DNA of 62,954 nucleotides, counting the filler, from Octopus bimaculoides (taxonomy: Eukaryota): the NCBI RefSeq assembly GCF_001194135.2. It is 3 parts of 3 records of this genome, joined end to end, with 100 filler letters (N's around TTAATTAATTAA, not from the genome) between each part and the next. Parts side by side here need not be neighbours in the genome. Positions count along the whole stretch, not along the records: positions 24,557 to 49,658 come from NC_068982.1; 2 more parts are not named here. One strand, 5' to 3'. Made by a program: the position numbers and the translations under genes. Shown one piece after another: positions 25,197 through 38,575 of the stretch; the first letter of the stretch is position 1; each line of letters starts with the position of its first letter. The notes under the pieces were generated by a model that saw only the letters and a list, made by a program, of their open reading frames with translations, searched no databases and was not told where the DNA came from.

Positions 25197-25554
25197 ATTA
25201 TTATTATAAATGATAAATTTCTAAATCTCTCAGAGAGACTTTTGCAGGTTTTATATCGGGGTACCTTCTCTTAGGCTTTTCCACAAAAGGATGCTGAAAG
25301 CCAGCAGTGGTAAGTAAATTTGAATTTAGGGTTTTATTCTCCTATACCGGTTGTCCTAATCACGGCTTCGTTTGAAAACAGGAGCCCAGTCTGCTCTCAT
25401 CAACAGTCATGGCTTTGATTGTGCAGTCAGTTAAAGGACTGTCATTACCATGACCTAGTTTTATGTCAGAGCACCCCCATCCGAGAAGAGTTACCTTCAC
25501 CACGGCTAGAGAGCTTCATCTCCCTTCACCAAAATTTATACATATGTGCACAGT

Positions 25555-25601
<47 letters not shown>

Positions 25602-25804
25602 TTCAATTTTAAAATGTTTTAAATTGTATATATATATATTGAGGGTATTAAGCCAGATTTCAGGTTATTGGTAATATTAATATATTGGCAGAGCATATTT
25701 CAGGTCTGACTTTCATATACATGCATAATGAATGATGATTAATAGTTGATGTTAACTTTAGTAAATTACGCTTACTTTGATTTACGTGGTTTGCACCGGA
25801 AAGT

Positions 25805-26183
25805 CGTGGCACTCCGTCGGTTACGACGACGAGAGTTCCATTTGATCTGATCAACGGAACAGCCTGATCGTGAAATTAACGTGCAAGTGGCTGAGTACTC
25901 CACAGGCACATGTACCCTTAACGTAGTTCTCGAGGAAACTCAGTGTGACACAGAGTGTAACAAGGTTGGCCCTTGAAATACAGGTACAACAAAAAGAGGA
26001 AGTAAGAGTGAGAGAAAGTTGTGGTGAAAGAGTACAGCAGGGCTCGCCACCACCCTCTGCCGGACACTCATGGAGCTTTATGTGTTTTCGCTCTATAAAC
26101 ACTCACAATTCCCGGTCTGGGAATCGAAACTGCGATCCTACGACCGCGAGTCCGTTGCCCTAACCACTGGGCCATTGCGTCTC
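25805..26183 (-). mobile_element. SINE family B, full length
   Basis: A and B boxes on the minus strand; 11-bp TSD CACCGGA(A/G)AGT at 25794-25804 and 26184-26194. Confidence 0.88.
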
Positions 26184-26307
26184 CACCGGAGAGTAGAGCT
26201 AAGAACTCAAAGAGCGAAACTTGTTACCCGGTTTGATTTTACGAGAGGCCTTAATAAATTAATTAATGCAACAACCTGTTATTTCTTCTTTCATGCAAAA
26301 TGTTAAG

Positions 26308-26517
26308 TTTCAAATTTCGGCACAAGGCCAGCAATTTCAGAGGAGGGGGAAATCGATTAAATCGGCCACATTGCTCAAATGGTACTTCTTTCATTGACCT
26401 TAGAAAGATGTAAAAGAAAGTCGACCTCACCGGATTTTGAATTCAGAACGTAAAGACGGACGAAATGCCGCTAAACATTTTGTTCGGAGTGCTAAGGATT
26501 CCGTTAGCTTGCTGCCT
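26308..26517 (-). mobile_element. SINE family A
   Basis: Reverse-complement match, diverged. Confidence 0.75.
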
Positions 26518-26567
26518 TTCTTTCATGTAAAATATGTTATAAAGTGCCACATTAAATGTTACACATC

Positions 26568-26892
26568 TTTTATCCTTTTCTAGTTTTAGTCATTGGACTG
26601 CAGCCATGCTGGGGCACCGCCTTGAAGGGCTTTAGTCGAACAAATCGACCCAGTACTTATTTTTTTAAAGGTTTGATACATGGTCTAACGGTCTGACTTA
26701 TGCCGAACCGCTAAATAACGGTGATGTATAAATGACTGCAACCACAACATTACCCCTGAACAGGCGGTGAATAGACTTGGGATAAGTGAAATGAAGTTCT
26801 TTTCTCAAGAACAAAACGTACCACCCTGTCCGGGAGTTGAAACCACGATCTTACGATTATGATTGCAAAACGCTAACCACTAGGCTGCACGC
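26568..26892 (-). mobile_element. Diverged family C-like 3' module plus a tRNA-headed SINE fragment
   Basis: Reverse complement shows GCCTAGTGGTTAGCG...GGTTTCAACTCCC head (26770-26892) and CCAGCATGGCTGCAGTCCAATGACT tail (26568-26735). Confidence 0.55.
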
Positions 26893-27283
26893 TTTCACGA
26901 ACATGCGCACAAGCATACACACACAAACACGCACACAAACACACATACACGCACACAAACACACATACACGCACACATACATACACACACACGCACACAA
27001 ACACACACACGCACACACACACATACACGCACACACGCACACACTCATGCACGCGCGCGCACACACACACATCTGATGTAATTAAATGATAGAGTGATCA
27101 GGTGCGAAAATAAATTGTAAATAAGTCCACATCTGTAAGTTTGATAAACATACATTCAACGATATTGGAGGTTTAACACCTTTGTTTAAATCACAGATTT
27201 CTTTCACTTTTCAAGACAACGAACACGAGATTGTTACTACTATTTTTTTACCGTTTTATCAGGTATGTTTATTCATATTTGTC

Positions 27284-27342
<59 letters not shown>

Positions 27343-27498
27343 AGCTTAGAGCTATTATTAAAAAATGCAATGAATAACAGGTGTAAATTTTAGTGATTTG
27401 AAAATCAACACATTCATTCATGAAAGGAGTCACCAACTTTGAAGGGTATTGAATAAATATGTTCTCTGTCTGTCTGTCTCTCTCACTCTCTATCTCTC

Positions 27499-27539
<41 letters not shown>

Positions 27540-27660
27540 TTCTCTCTCTCTCTCTCTTTCTCTGAATCTGTCTTTTCAGCTACCTGCTTATCTGTCTACT
27601 ACCTACGTACCTACCTAACTACATACATATCTGTCTGTGTGCCTGCCCGTTTGTATGAAT

Positions 27661-27724
<64 letters not shown>

Positions 27725-30700
27725 TTAAGATGTTAAAAGTAATAGATTTTATTACAAATACCTTACTATAAATAGAGGTTGATGATTTATGAAGATGATA
27801 TCAATTTCTTTCATTATTCCTGTAGTTTAACACCCGAATACCACTGTGATGTGCTCGCTCTCCAAAATGGCTGCTACCTATCGTATTCAACAGGCAGACA
27901 CTGGATGACATCTGGGTTTAAATTATACGGTCAATATCTACTACTGAACCGCTCATACTTCATTTACCCGAAGCAATATTTTCACTTTATCGAGAAACAA
28001 TCACATTCACCACATCATTCAGAATGATAAATCCACACTCAATGGATGTGAGTTATTGATATTTATGTACTAACTAAATTAGTCTTACTACAAATGAATA
28101 TTTCTATATTACATACTTATAATCAATACTTGTATAGATATGATGTATATATATCACGACACACAAAACTCAGTACCATTGCTATACAATAGTATGCTAC
28201 CATCAATGAAATAAAGAATGTAACACGACATAGCGTCAAACGAAATACATTCGTGTAAAATCGTTCTTGTGCACTTCGACATGAAAAGGTCTTTGCTGCG
28301 GAGTTAGTCTTGAGAGAAAAAAAATTCTTTTCTGAGACATATGCGAAAACACAAAATGAGTTGTATGTGATGTCAGTGGATTATAGGTCGTATTCATTTG
28401 TGTGTCATTTCACTTTGTCAGCTATAAACACCAAATCTGTCATTCACAGTCCAATAAGAATGAAATTATTCGTATTAAATATCATATGCTATGCATGCTA
28501 GTGGGAAAAAAATCTTGGGCAAACTAGAAATAAATCTTATTCAATGGCACATGAAACAAAACTCATTCCATACGTGCCGAGCTGCAAATGACGGATTTGG
28601 TGTTCATGGCTGACGGAGTGAAACGATACAGAAACGCATGCGCCATACGATGCAATGACGTCATTTACATCACACATCCCAGGTCTTCTCACATCTGAGT
28701 GCAATGGATGAGGTGATTATGACTTTACACTATTATATATTATATTTCATTCGACGTCGCTTTGTGCCGCATGATTTACACACACACGCACACACACGAA
28801 CCCACACACACACACACATACAGACACACACACACACACACATGCACACACATATACGTGTATATACGTATGCACACACAGACATACGCACACACACACA
28901 TTCAGGTTTAAACACACATATATATGCATGTAGCCGTATCTGTGTGTGCGTACATGTGCATATGTGTTTGTATAAGTATGAGCACGCGAGTGTGTGCATA
29001 TTAATACCAAAGAAAGAAAGAAGAGGATGAAGTAAAAGCCTTATAACATTTATCGAATTTTGGTGAGAAAACGTCAAACAACAAATTGAATTCTCACACT
29101 GAAGTTGTATTCTCTTTGCCCTATTCAATATAAAATTTTCGTTCTGTTGTCCGGGCACTTTTTCTTAGCACCAAAAGATCAATAGTCACTCTATTATCCG
29201 TGGAAATTCCTAGACAGGTGTCTTCATAATAAACAGACCCGTACTAAGACCATTTTTATGTAAGCAGATGTCTTATTCTGCTTCAAGCATTCGTTTAGTT
29301 AATGTTTGAAAGCTTGTATATCACTTGTTCCTAAAGTTTTATCAACAAAGTCAGAAGTTGCAGGTGGTGATACCATTATTGTACGAATAAATCTTAAGTT
29401 ATGTTAATACCGAAAGCCAGTTGGCTCTTAAGGTATTTTAACCGTAATTTTATGTGAAAGAATTTCGTGCATTGAATAACTAGAAATTCTAATTCGAGCT
29501 CACAATATATCGCTCCCAAATCAAAATACCTTAGTATCTTTCAAGCAGGATTTTTCCGATTGATAACTACTGGATATTCAGTTGAATATCCATATTGTTG
29601 ACTCAGAAAGATAGTTGTAAATTCCACTACATGGAAATAATTTAACAACAGTAAGACAAAGTGTAATCATGTGCTATGTCTAAAATTCTGATATGAATAT
29701 ATAATTTAGATAATTTTTTAACTTTTCAAATTAAGTAACCACATTCACTTTGAAAAGCACTTTCAGCTGAATGTCATTGATGTGACAGTAATTCACTCTG
29801 AACGTTCAATCGGACGGCATTTGTGAGTAAAAGAGTGTCAGTGAGAATTCAGTTTTAAGGAGGAACTAATGGGAAAATAGTTAGTAAGACGTCCGGGAAG
29901 TACGAGGCATTTAATATTCTTCAACTCCTTGGAGCTCTAAAATCAAGATTAAGCTGCATTTGATAGATATATTTCATGAACAACAAAGTTAAGATATATA
30001 AAAGACATATTTATTGAAGTAATTTCTCAAAACAGGGAGCATAGCAAAATCAGTAACCACTAGAAAATACTAAACTTGAAAGTAATTCTAAGAGGGGAAA
30101 CTTTCCTAATATATAAGAAGAAGAGTGAGATTTAACGATAGAGATAGTTTAAAGGCCAGTTGGCTATTGTAAAACCTTATCTGTTGAAAGTTTTGAACCC
30201 ATGCTAAGTTTCAAAAGGTAATGTAATAAGGATAAGAAAACTGCTCTGGAAATGAAATAAGTGGTGAAATTGGAAAATCTAACTTGATTTTATTGCAGAG
30301 AATTGACAAAAGAAATGCTTTGGCAAGAGGAAATTCACTAGTGTTTATGTCATAAAGATAAACGATTCTGAGTGTTCTGAATCAGAATTTACTGTGATTA
30401 GGATATACTTATGGTGTTATAGAAGCAGTTTTCGAAGGAACCACGAAAGGGGTTATACATACATACATACATAAATACATACATGCATGCATGCAGGCTT
30501 GCATACATACATACATGCAGACACACACAAACACACACACATATCGCATGTATTTATGAGAAACTATCAAATAAAGAATATATGTGTGAGTCAAGGGGAT
30601 TCGTCAACAATTTGAGTCAACAGTACAGAGCATCAAGGGATTGAGCGAGAGAGGACGAGAAAAGCAAATGATAGATTGCAGAATCAGTGTTTCCTGCTGC

Positions 30701-32089
30701 AAGAGAAACGGCAATTTACGAAGAATTATTACATTTTGAGGTTGAAATGTGTGTGAGTAACGCTTAGATTTGCATCATAATGTGGAATTAAAAATTGTAT
30801 ATCCTACATGAAATAAGTTCGAAAGAAATACCAAAGAATAAACAATACAATTTCGAGTTTTTTTAAGCGAAATTTGATAGTATTTCACCTTTTACAATTT
30901 AGGAAGAAAGTAACCTTAAAAAATGTTAGGGAAGGATGCAATAATATTCTCATAGTCATAATTAAGAGAGCTGGACGAAGATTAGCTTACAAGATTAGCT
31001 AGTGAGGATGAATTGAAGAAGATGTGGGTCTGATTCTTCAGAAGTTTTGTCCTCTTTAAACTAATTGTTTTGACTCCAACACATATAGATTACCATCAAT
31101 TCTGATTAGATCTGCTAAAATGTTAGCTAAAGTATGTTTGCATAGCATTGGAAACTTTTAGGAGATTTAGATGGAAATATGGTTACGGTTGAAGTATGAA
31201 ATGAATATATTCAAATCTCTGGTAGGTTGAAAACGAACCAAACATATAAAGGACACCTAAATACTACTGTGAGTTATCATGTAGAAGATCTAAGATCGGA
31301 ACACAGCTGAACAATGGTTCATTACAAGTAACGCTTTAAAAGAAAAACACTTGAATCAACGTAGCTGGTCTTTACTATGATAAAGAAAGCTACTTATTTT
31401 GTTTTTCTAAAACAAAGCAGCTATTAAAGTCTAAACTGTCTAGAAATTTTTCATAAATTCCTATTTTAACAGGTTTTGGTCAAAATATGGTTGTCAAGGA
31501 CTTCTATTACCGAAAATTTCAACTTTACAATTCAATCACAAAACTAATTATTCCTCGCTGCAACATAGCATTTTTAACTTCTCTGCTTATAATTCTTCTG
31601 GAAATAAAACAAAAATGTTGTCTAAAATATTTTTTGCAACACTTTCATTCCACATACATATCAGTAAAAACATTTCTCCAAATTATAATTTTAATCCAGC
31701 GTGAGGTAAATTATGTTGATTTTAGTATCGTTCCATAATTGTGGGAAGTTGCTGAAGAAGTAGAAATCTGAATTGGAAAAGTAGAAATCTGAATTGGAAA
31801 AGTAGTTTTGATATACTTAATGTCAGTTGTATCAATTATAAGCTTACTGAGTTAATGTAGTAAGGTTTAATATTAAGGATGATGTGAGAAAGCAGTTTTG
31901 GCTTGACATAAAATTTGATTTAACAAGACATTGACAGTGACAGATGTTGGTTTCTGATTGAAACTTAAAAATCAAAGTGTGACTCAAATTTCGAGATTGC
32001 ACTATTAACTTGGTCGCAATATCCTGATTTATTTTGGAAAATAGTATTATCAGAGGAAAATATACATAATTGTAGATAAATTTCAATAT

Positions 32090-32485
32090 GTGGCTTTGTG
32101 GTAAGTAGCTTGCTTACCGACCACATGGTTCCGGGTTCAGTACCACTGCGTGGCACCTTGGGCAAATGTCTTCTACTATAGCATCGGGTCAACCAAAGCC
32201 TTGTGAATAGATTTGGTAGACGGAAACTGAAAGAAGCCCGTCGTATATATGTATATGTATGTGTGTGTATATGTTTGTGTGTCTGTGTTTGTCCCCCCAA
32301 CATCATTTGACAACCAATGGTGGTGTGTTTACGTCCCCGTAACATAGCGGTTCAGCAAAAGAGACCGATAGAGTAAGTACTAGGTTTACAAAGAATAAGT
32401 CCTGGGGTCGATTTGCTCGACTAAAGGCGGTGCTCCAGCATGGCCGCAGTGAAATGACTGAAACAAGTAAAAGAGTAAAAGAGAG
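32090..32485 (+). mobile_element. SINE family C, ~180 bp upstream of the protease TATA box
   Basis: Full-length family C with internal microsatellite and (GTAAAAGA)n tail. Confidence 0.85.
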
Positions 32486-32663
32486 AGTATGTATTGGAAA
32501 AAACATACAAATCTAGTTTCTTTTCATTTCTCCGATTCCATTAAAAATTATTTTGTATTGTTCTTGACAATAAAATATTGACTTAGAAGACATGAATAAA
32601 AAAATACTTTGATTTTTTTCACTTACTGTTGATTTCTTTATTCAACTACTTTTATACTGAAAC

Positions 32664-32671
32664 TATAAATA
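32664..32671 (+). promoter_or_regulatory. TATA box of the serine protease gene
   Basis: TATAAATA starts 40 nt upstream of the signal-peptide ATG at 32704, implying a very short 5' UTR. An in-frame upstream ATG at 32671 overlaps the box and is probably not transcribed. Confidence 0.7.
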
Positions 32672-32703
32672 TGGCACCAAGCCATACTACGACAAACACA
32701 ACA

Positions 32704-32764
32704 ATGGAGCGAATAATCCTAGCCGTTCTTCTGACAGTGATTGTAAGCTGCTCAGCCAGGCCCA
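32704..32764 (+). CDS. S1A serine protease exon 1 (signal peptide MERIILAVLLTVIVSCSARP)
   Basis: Hydrophobic signal-like peptide in ACAATGG context; donor A|GTAAGT, phase 1, compatible with exon 2. Confidence 0.85.
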
Positions 32765-32838
32765 GTAAGTTTACTTGCAGAAGATTATCTTTGTAATATT
32801 CGTCAAAGCTAATTGTTATATTTCAATTATTAAGTTGA

Positions 32839-33052
32839 GGCGGAGAGCTGGCAGAATCGTTAGCACGGCGGGGAAAAAATCCTTAGCAGCATTTCGTTCG
32901 ATTTTATGATCTGAGTTCAAATTCCAGCAGGCGTGGTTTTAACTTTCATCGTTTCGGGATCGATAAAAAAGTACCGTCTGAGTGTGGGCGTCGGTGTAAT
33001 CGACCTACCATTCCCCCGAGATTGCTGACCCTGTGCAGAAAGTTGGAATCAT
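32839..33052 (+). mobile_element. SINE family A in protease intron 1
   Basis: GGCGGAGAGCTGGCAGAATCGTTAGCAC...GAGTTCAAATTCC, diverged body. Confidence 0.75.
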
Positions 33053-33523
33053 GAGAATCTCATCTTATCAGCATGAATCTAATGGGATTATCGATTATGC
33101 AATTAATGTGAAATTCTTATTTATTTTGTATTGTTTACATTGAATGAGAATGAGAGAGTTTAGTAAACATTCCAATTTTTTCTCGTTGTATTTTATATCC
33201 ATCTGCACTATATTATTATTAATTCCAATAAATATCTCATTGGATGGGTCAAATAACATTTTTCATGTATGTATGTATATATATATATATAGGAAGGAAT
33301 TTCAACCATGTTTCTTGGTCTGCTACCACAACAGCTCCTTTATAGGATCCAGTTAGCTCAAGACATCATCAGGAGGAACCACGTCCGTTTTGACGTGGCG
33401 GGGCCCCTCCTTTCAGAGGTGTCTTCAGCTCTGGTGTTGGGTGCATGTCTTCTTTCACTGTTTGTGACTGTTCTAATTCAACTGTGGAATGTCCCTAGCT
33501 ATGGTTATTTTCCAGGAGGTTCT

Positions 33524-33554
<31 letters not shown>

Positions 33555-33619
33555 CGTATATTATAAATGTTTTTAAATATTTTTAGATATTTGCGGGCTT
33601 ATAAAAATATATAAGTGTC

Positions 33620-34294
<675 letters not shown>

Positions 34295-34436
34295 TTGCTT
34301 CACCACCTACCGAAATTTAGAAATAGCAGTTAAAATACTAATTCTACTACTACAATATATCTCCGCAGAAAGCAATACTCGTATATATATACACACATAC
34401 ATATGAGTGTGTGTATGTGTGTATGTATTTATGCGC

Positions 34437-34475
<39 letters not shown>

Positions 34476-35340
34476 NNNNNNNNNNNNNNNNNNNNNNNNN
34501 NNNNNNNNNNNNNNNNNNNNNNNNNNNNNNNNNNNNNNNNNNNNNNNNNNNNNNNNNNNNNNNNATATATATCTAAGTAGTTAAGTTTAGTTCCGTCAAA
34601 CTAGGTTCAAAGCCAGTTTAACAATTTACAAACATTATTTCATAACTTTCTTAAAAAAACTTACAAGTCAAAGATACCGTTGTAAATTGTAATATATATA
34701 TATATATCAATTTAGCTGAAAAGAAAAAAAGAAAAAAATCTAAATTGCACCTGTTTTTCAAGATCTAATTTATTTAAATAACATCAATTAATTGCAATCT
34801 ATCTTTAAAATATTGTAGGTTATATGTATATATTCAGAGGATTCTTACCTTAAGTGACCGACGGAACCGAGATGGTGATTTCCTATTGCAGAATAATAAT
34901 GATACACGGCTTAAATAATTACCTTTCGCTATTATTTCGCATTTAGCTAAAAATTGCCTTGCGTTGACTCGACTACACTGATGATACAACGTTTTAAATC
35001 TCTGTGTCTCTTTCTCTAAGTTTTAGAGTGTTGAAACAAAATAAAGGTGCCATTGTGTCTGTCCTCAAATCTGGAACCCTACAACAGAAACTTTTTTTGC
35101 AAACGTCGTTAGTTACGTAACACACATACACACACAACCACCTCCCACACATACTCACACATGCACACACAGACATACACACACACATAAACTCACACAA
35201 ACACACAAATAAACTCACACAAACACACAAATTATGTAACAACCCTCCTCTTTAAATTTCAGCGTCATTTTGTATTTAAATATTTTTTACATTATTTCTG
35301 ATTTCTAAAACTTATAAGAGTTTTCTTTTTGACATTTCAG

Positions 35341-35485
35341 AGGAGCAAATAGTTGGTGGAAGTAATGCACAGCAATGTGAGTTTCCACACATGGTTTTTG
35401 TTGATATTAAAACGAAAGATAGCGGCTCATTATGTGGCGGTACTTTAATATCAGATAAATGGGTCTTAACAGCTGCTCATTGCGT
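35341..35485 (+). CDS. S1A serine protease exon 2 (KEQ-IVGG...LCGGTLISDKWVLTAAHC; catalytic His57)
   Basis: Acceptor ttttcttttt gacatttcag|, IVGG N-terminus, CGG and TAAHC motifs, donor GT|GTAAGT phase 2. Confidence 0.95.
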
Positions 35486-35598
35486 GTAAGTATTTTCTCA
35501 TAGAATACATTCAGTGTATTTGCACAAATTTGGTTTCAAATGTTTTGGATGAGAAACATATATCCATCGCTTAAATTTTCTAAATTCTAAAAGTTCAT

Positions 35599-36305
35599 AT
35601 GAAGTACATTCACAAGTGTATCTCCCTGAGGTTTGGTCTCCAGATCTGTGAGCCTCATGAATGCTACTGTGGATCTATTATGGATTCTTCCGTCCTCCAC
35701 CCATTGTCATGCTGTCATAGTTCTGGCTGCTTTCCATATGTTATATCGCACTTGCGGATGACCTCTACTCAACTCTCACTTCAGACGACTCGACTCTACC
35801 GAACTCGACGTTTAGTCTACCGACTGCTCCGTCTCGCTCTCCCGCTCTTCCGCTCTTGCTCGACGCTTTTCGTCTAGCTATTTATACGTATTGGACTCGC
35901 CTACTTATCGTCTGAGGGCGTCTACACAACACCATGCCATGACGCTCTTAACAAGATCATAAAGCATGGCCTAGACGCCGCAGGTTTCCCTTCCCAGTTC
36001 GAGCCAGCAGGACTAGACCAAGGGGACGGTAGAAGGCCGGACGGTATGACAATTCTCCTGTTCCGTGGAGGCAGGCCCATCAGCTGTAACAGCTCCTCCA
36101 GTGGCAACTTAGTGTTGTAAGCTACCAGGTCAGGCTCTGTTGCTCATCAGGCTGAGAAAAAAAAAAGACTGTCAAGGTATCTCTCGCTCTCCGGTAGGTT
36201 GATGGTCGTGTCTGCGGCAGTTGAAAACTCTGGTGTTCTTAGTCGCTGGACTTTATCCCTGGTCACCACTATCGGGGCAGAGATGGCTGTTTGCAAGTGC
36301 GAGAT
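35599..36305 (+). mobile_element. CRE-clade (restriction-like endonuclease) non-LTR retrotransposon 3' fragment in protease intron 2
   Basis: ISLRFGLQICEPHECYCG...D...LHPLSC (Zn knuckle), then after the LTR insert HDALNKIIKHGLDAAGFPSQFEPAGLDQGDGRRPDGMT (PDG nuclease motif)...AHQAEKKK...SRY...AVENSGVL; decayed. Confidence 0.8.
35739..35931 (-). mobile_element. Solo LTR (193 bp) nested in the CRE fragment
   Basis: TGTT...AACA termini; 5-bp TSD CCATA/CCATG (1 mismatch); TATAAATA on the minus strand. Removing it rejoins the host frame GCFP-CHD. Confidence 0.75.
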
Positions 36306-37617
36306 CACTTAAAAATTACAAATTTCGTAATTATCTGTCAATATTTACATATATATAACCTTTTTGCTATATCTACTAGGTATATTTCTCTGATATTCAA
36401 ATGAGGTTTGCTAATTTTTCACCCAATATCTCACTTATTTCTATTTAAAATGTTATTTTGAAATGTTATTTTGAAATGTTATTTTGATCATTCCAGCATG
36501 TTTCTCAGGTTGTTGTATGCTAGAAATCAAAGTTTCATAAAAAATTCTAGCTAATAGAATTATGGGAAGTAATGGGTTAAGCAATGTGAACATTACTTAA
36601 ATATAAGTAATGTTCACATTGCTTAAGTAAATGGAGTCGCATGAAATGATCGTACTGCATTAACTTTGGACATTCTTGTTGCTTATTTTGATNNNNNNNN
36701 NNNNNNNNNNNNNNNNNNNNNNNNNNNNNNNNNNNNNNNNNNNNNNNNNNNNNNNNNNNNNNNNNNNNNNNNNNNNNNNNNNNNNNNNNNNNNNNNNNNN
36801 TATATATATATATATATATATATGCACATATATATATACACACATATATATACATATATATACATGTATGTATACTTGTAGGTATATATATATAATATAA
36901 ATTACATACACAGACACACACACACACATGCATAAAGCTTTGCATGCGTTGTGGGGACCTAATATATTTAATCATATTATGAGAGAAGGATAGACCTTCA
37001 AGCGAAAGGTTCTGTAATATATTTTGATTTAACAAGGGATTAAATACGGATCTGTCGGAAGGTACAAGATGTAATGAATTCGGTGCCCAAATATAAATAG
37101 TTACGCTACAGTCATGTGTAAACAGGATATCTAATTCTAGTATATTTAAGGAAACACTGAGTTTCATTCTGAATGGGAAACAAACTGATTCTCAAGTTGT
37201 TGAAGCAGAATTATAAGAAATGTTTGGCTCCAGTGGACCCTATCGCGTAATCTTATAATTATTTATATTGAATCCATGACAATAGCAGATATTCTTTTCT
37301 GGAATAGTGTAATTTACAATATATTATCCACAGTGCTCTTTTAAAAAAACAGTCGAGGATGAGATGATGGAAATTTGTCACTATAGATAGCAGGCCGAAT
37401 CTTGCTTGGTGGCAAATGGAAGACGTAATTTTTTTATGAAGAGAAACTAAGATATAAACTTTAAAACTTTTCTTTATTCTTTCATCAAAAATAAAAAGAA
37501 AATGATATACTTCGTTAATATTTTCTGTTTCACACTCACACACATACGCACACAAATACATACATATTCACATACATACATACATACATACATACATACA
37601 TACATACATACAGTACA

Positions 37618-37676
<59 letters not shown>

Positions 37677-37787
37677 TTAGTGTGTATATGTAAGTATTTA
37701 TGCATATACAGAGATGCACACAAAACACACACACGCACACAAAAGGTCACACGCATTTATTATTTTGAAAATATTACTAACGTAGTA

Positions 37788-38004
37788 GGTGGCGAGATGG
37801 CAGAAATGTTAGCACACCGGGAGAAATACTTAGAGGTATTTTGTCCGTCTTTTCGTTCTGAGTTCAAGTTCCGCCGCGGTCGACTTTACCTTTTATCCTT
37901 TCGGGGTAGATAAATTAAGTACTAGGTGCATACTAGGATCGATCTAATCGACTGTCTCCTCCCCCAAAATTTCGGGCTTTGTGCCTACAATAGAAAAGAA
38001 TATT
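37788..38004 (+). mobile_element. SINE family A in protease intron 2
   Basis: Full-length match to family A. Confidence 0.8.
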
Positions 38005-38193
38005 ACCAACGTAATTTTCATGTGTTGAATTACCATTGGCTAACCCAGTGGTTAGCCAATGGCAATTATAAGGGGCAGCATGAAGTCAATGTGGTAAACA
38101 ACGGGAGTTTCTGAAAGTGTTTTAGTGAAGTAAGAAATGTATATCATTGAAATAACTTAATATCATCGCTTATTACTTTATAAATTTTTCTAG

Positions 38194-38315
38194 GAAGGCT
38201 GATGTGGTTAAAATTGAAGCCAACTTAGGATCAACGCACAAATTTAATGCTTCAAAAGTCATTAAAGTCAAGCAATGGATCCCCCATCCTAAATTTAGAA
38301 GGACAAATACGCTTA
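38194..38315 (+). CDS. S1A serine protease exon 3 (KADVVKIEANLGSTHK...WIPHPKFRRTNTL)
   Basis: Acceptor tttttctag|, LG...HP.F S1 motifs, phase 2 in, phase 1 out, donor A|GTAAGT. Confidence 0.9.
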
Positions 38316-38352
38316 GTAAGTATTTCTTGTTTCCTATCTATCTATCTATCTA

Positions 38353-38387
<35 letters not shown>

Positions 38388-38575
38388 TCATTAACTGTGT
38401 TGGTGGCCAGAACCAGGAGAGCTATATGCCACTTCATTCCTTCTGTCAGATTGGATTCTTCAATGTCAATGCTATTGGTACGTCTAAAAGAGTGGGAAAG
38501 GAAAATTCGGTCCATGATGTGAAATACTACGTTAAATTTTCTTCCATTTCTGGTTTGTTGATGTTCATTTACATA

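Noticed and set aside
29569-29592. 10-bp hairpin TGGATATTCA-GT-TGAATATCCA
   Set aside because: Single short palindrome in AT-rich DNA; no context supporting a function.
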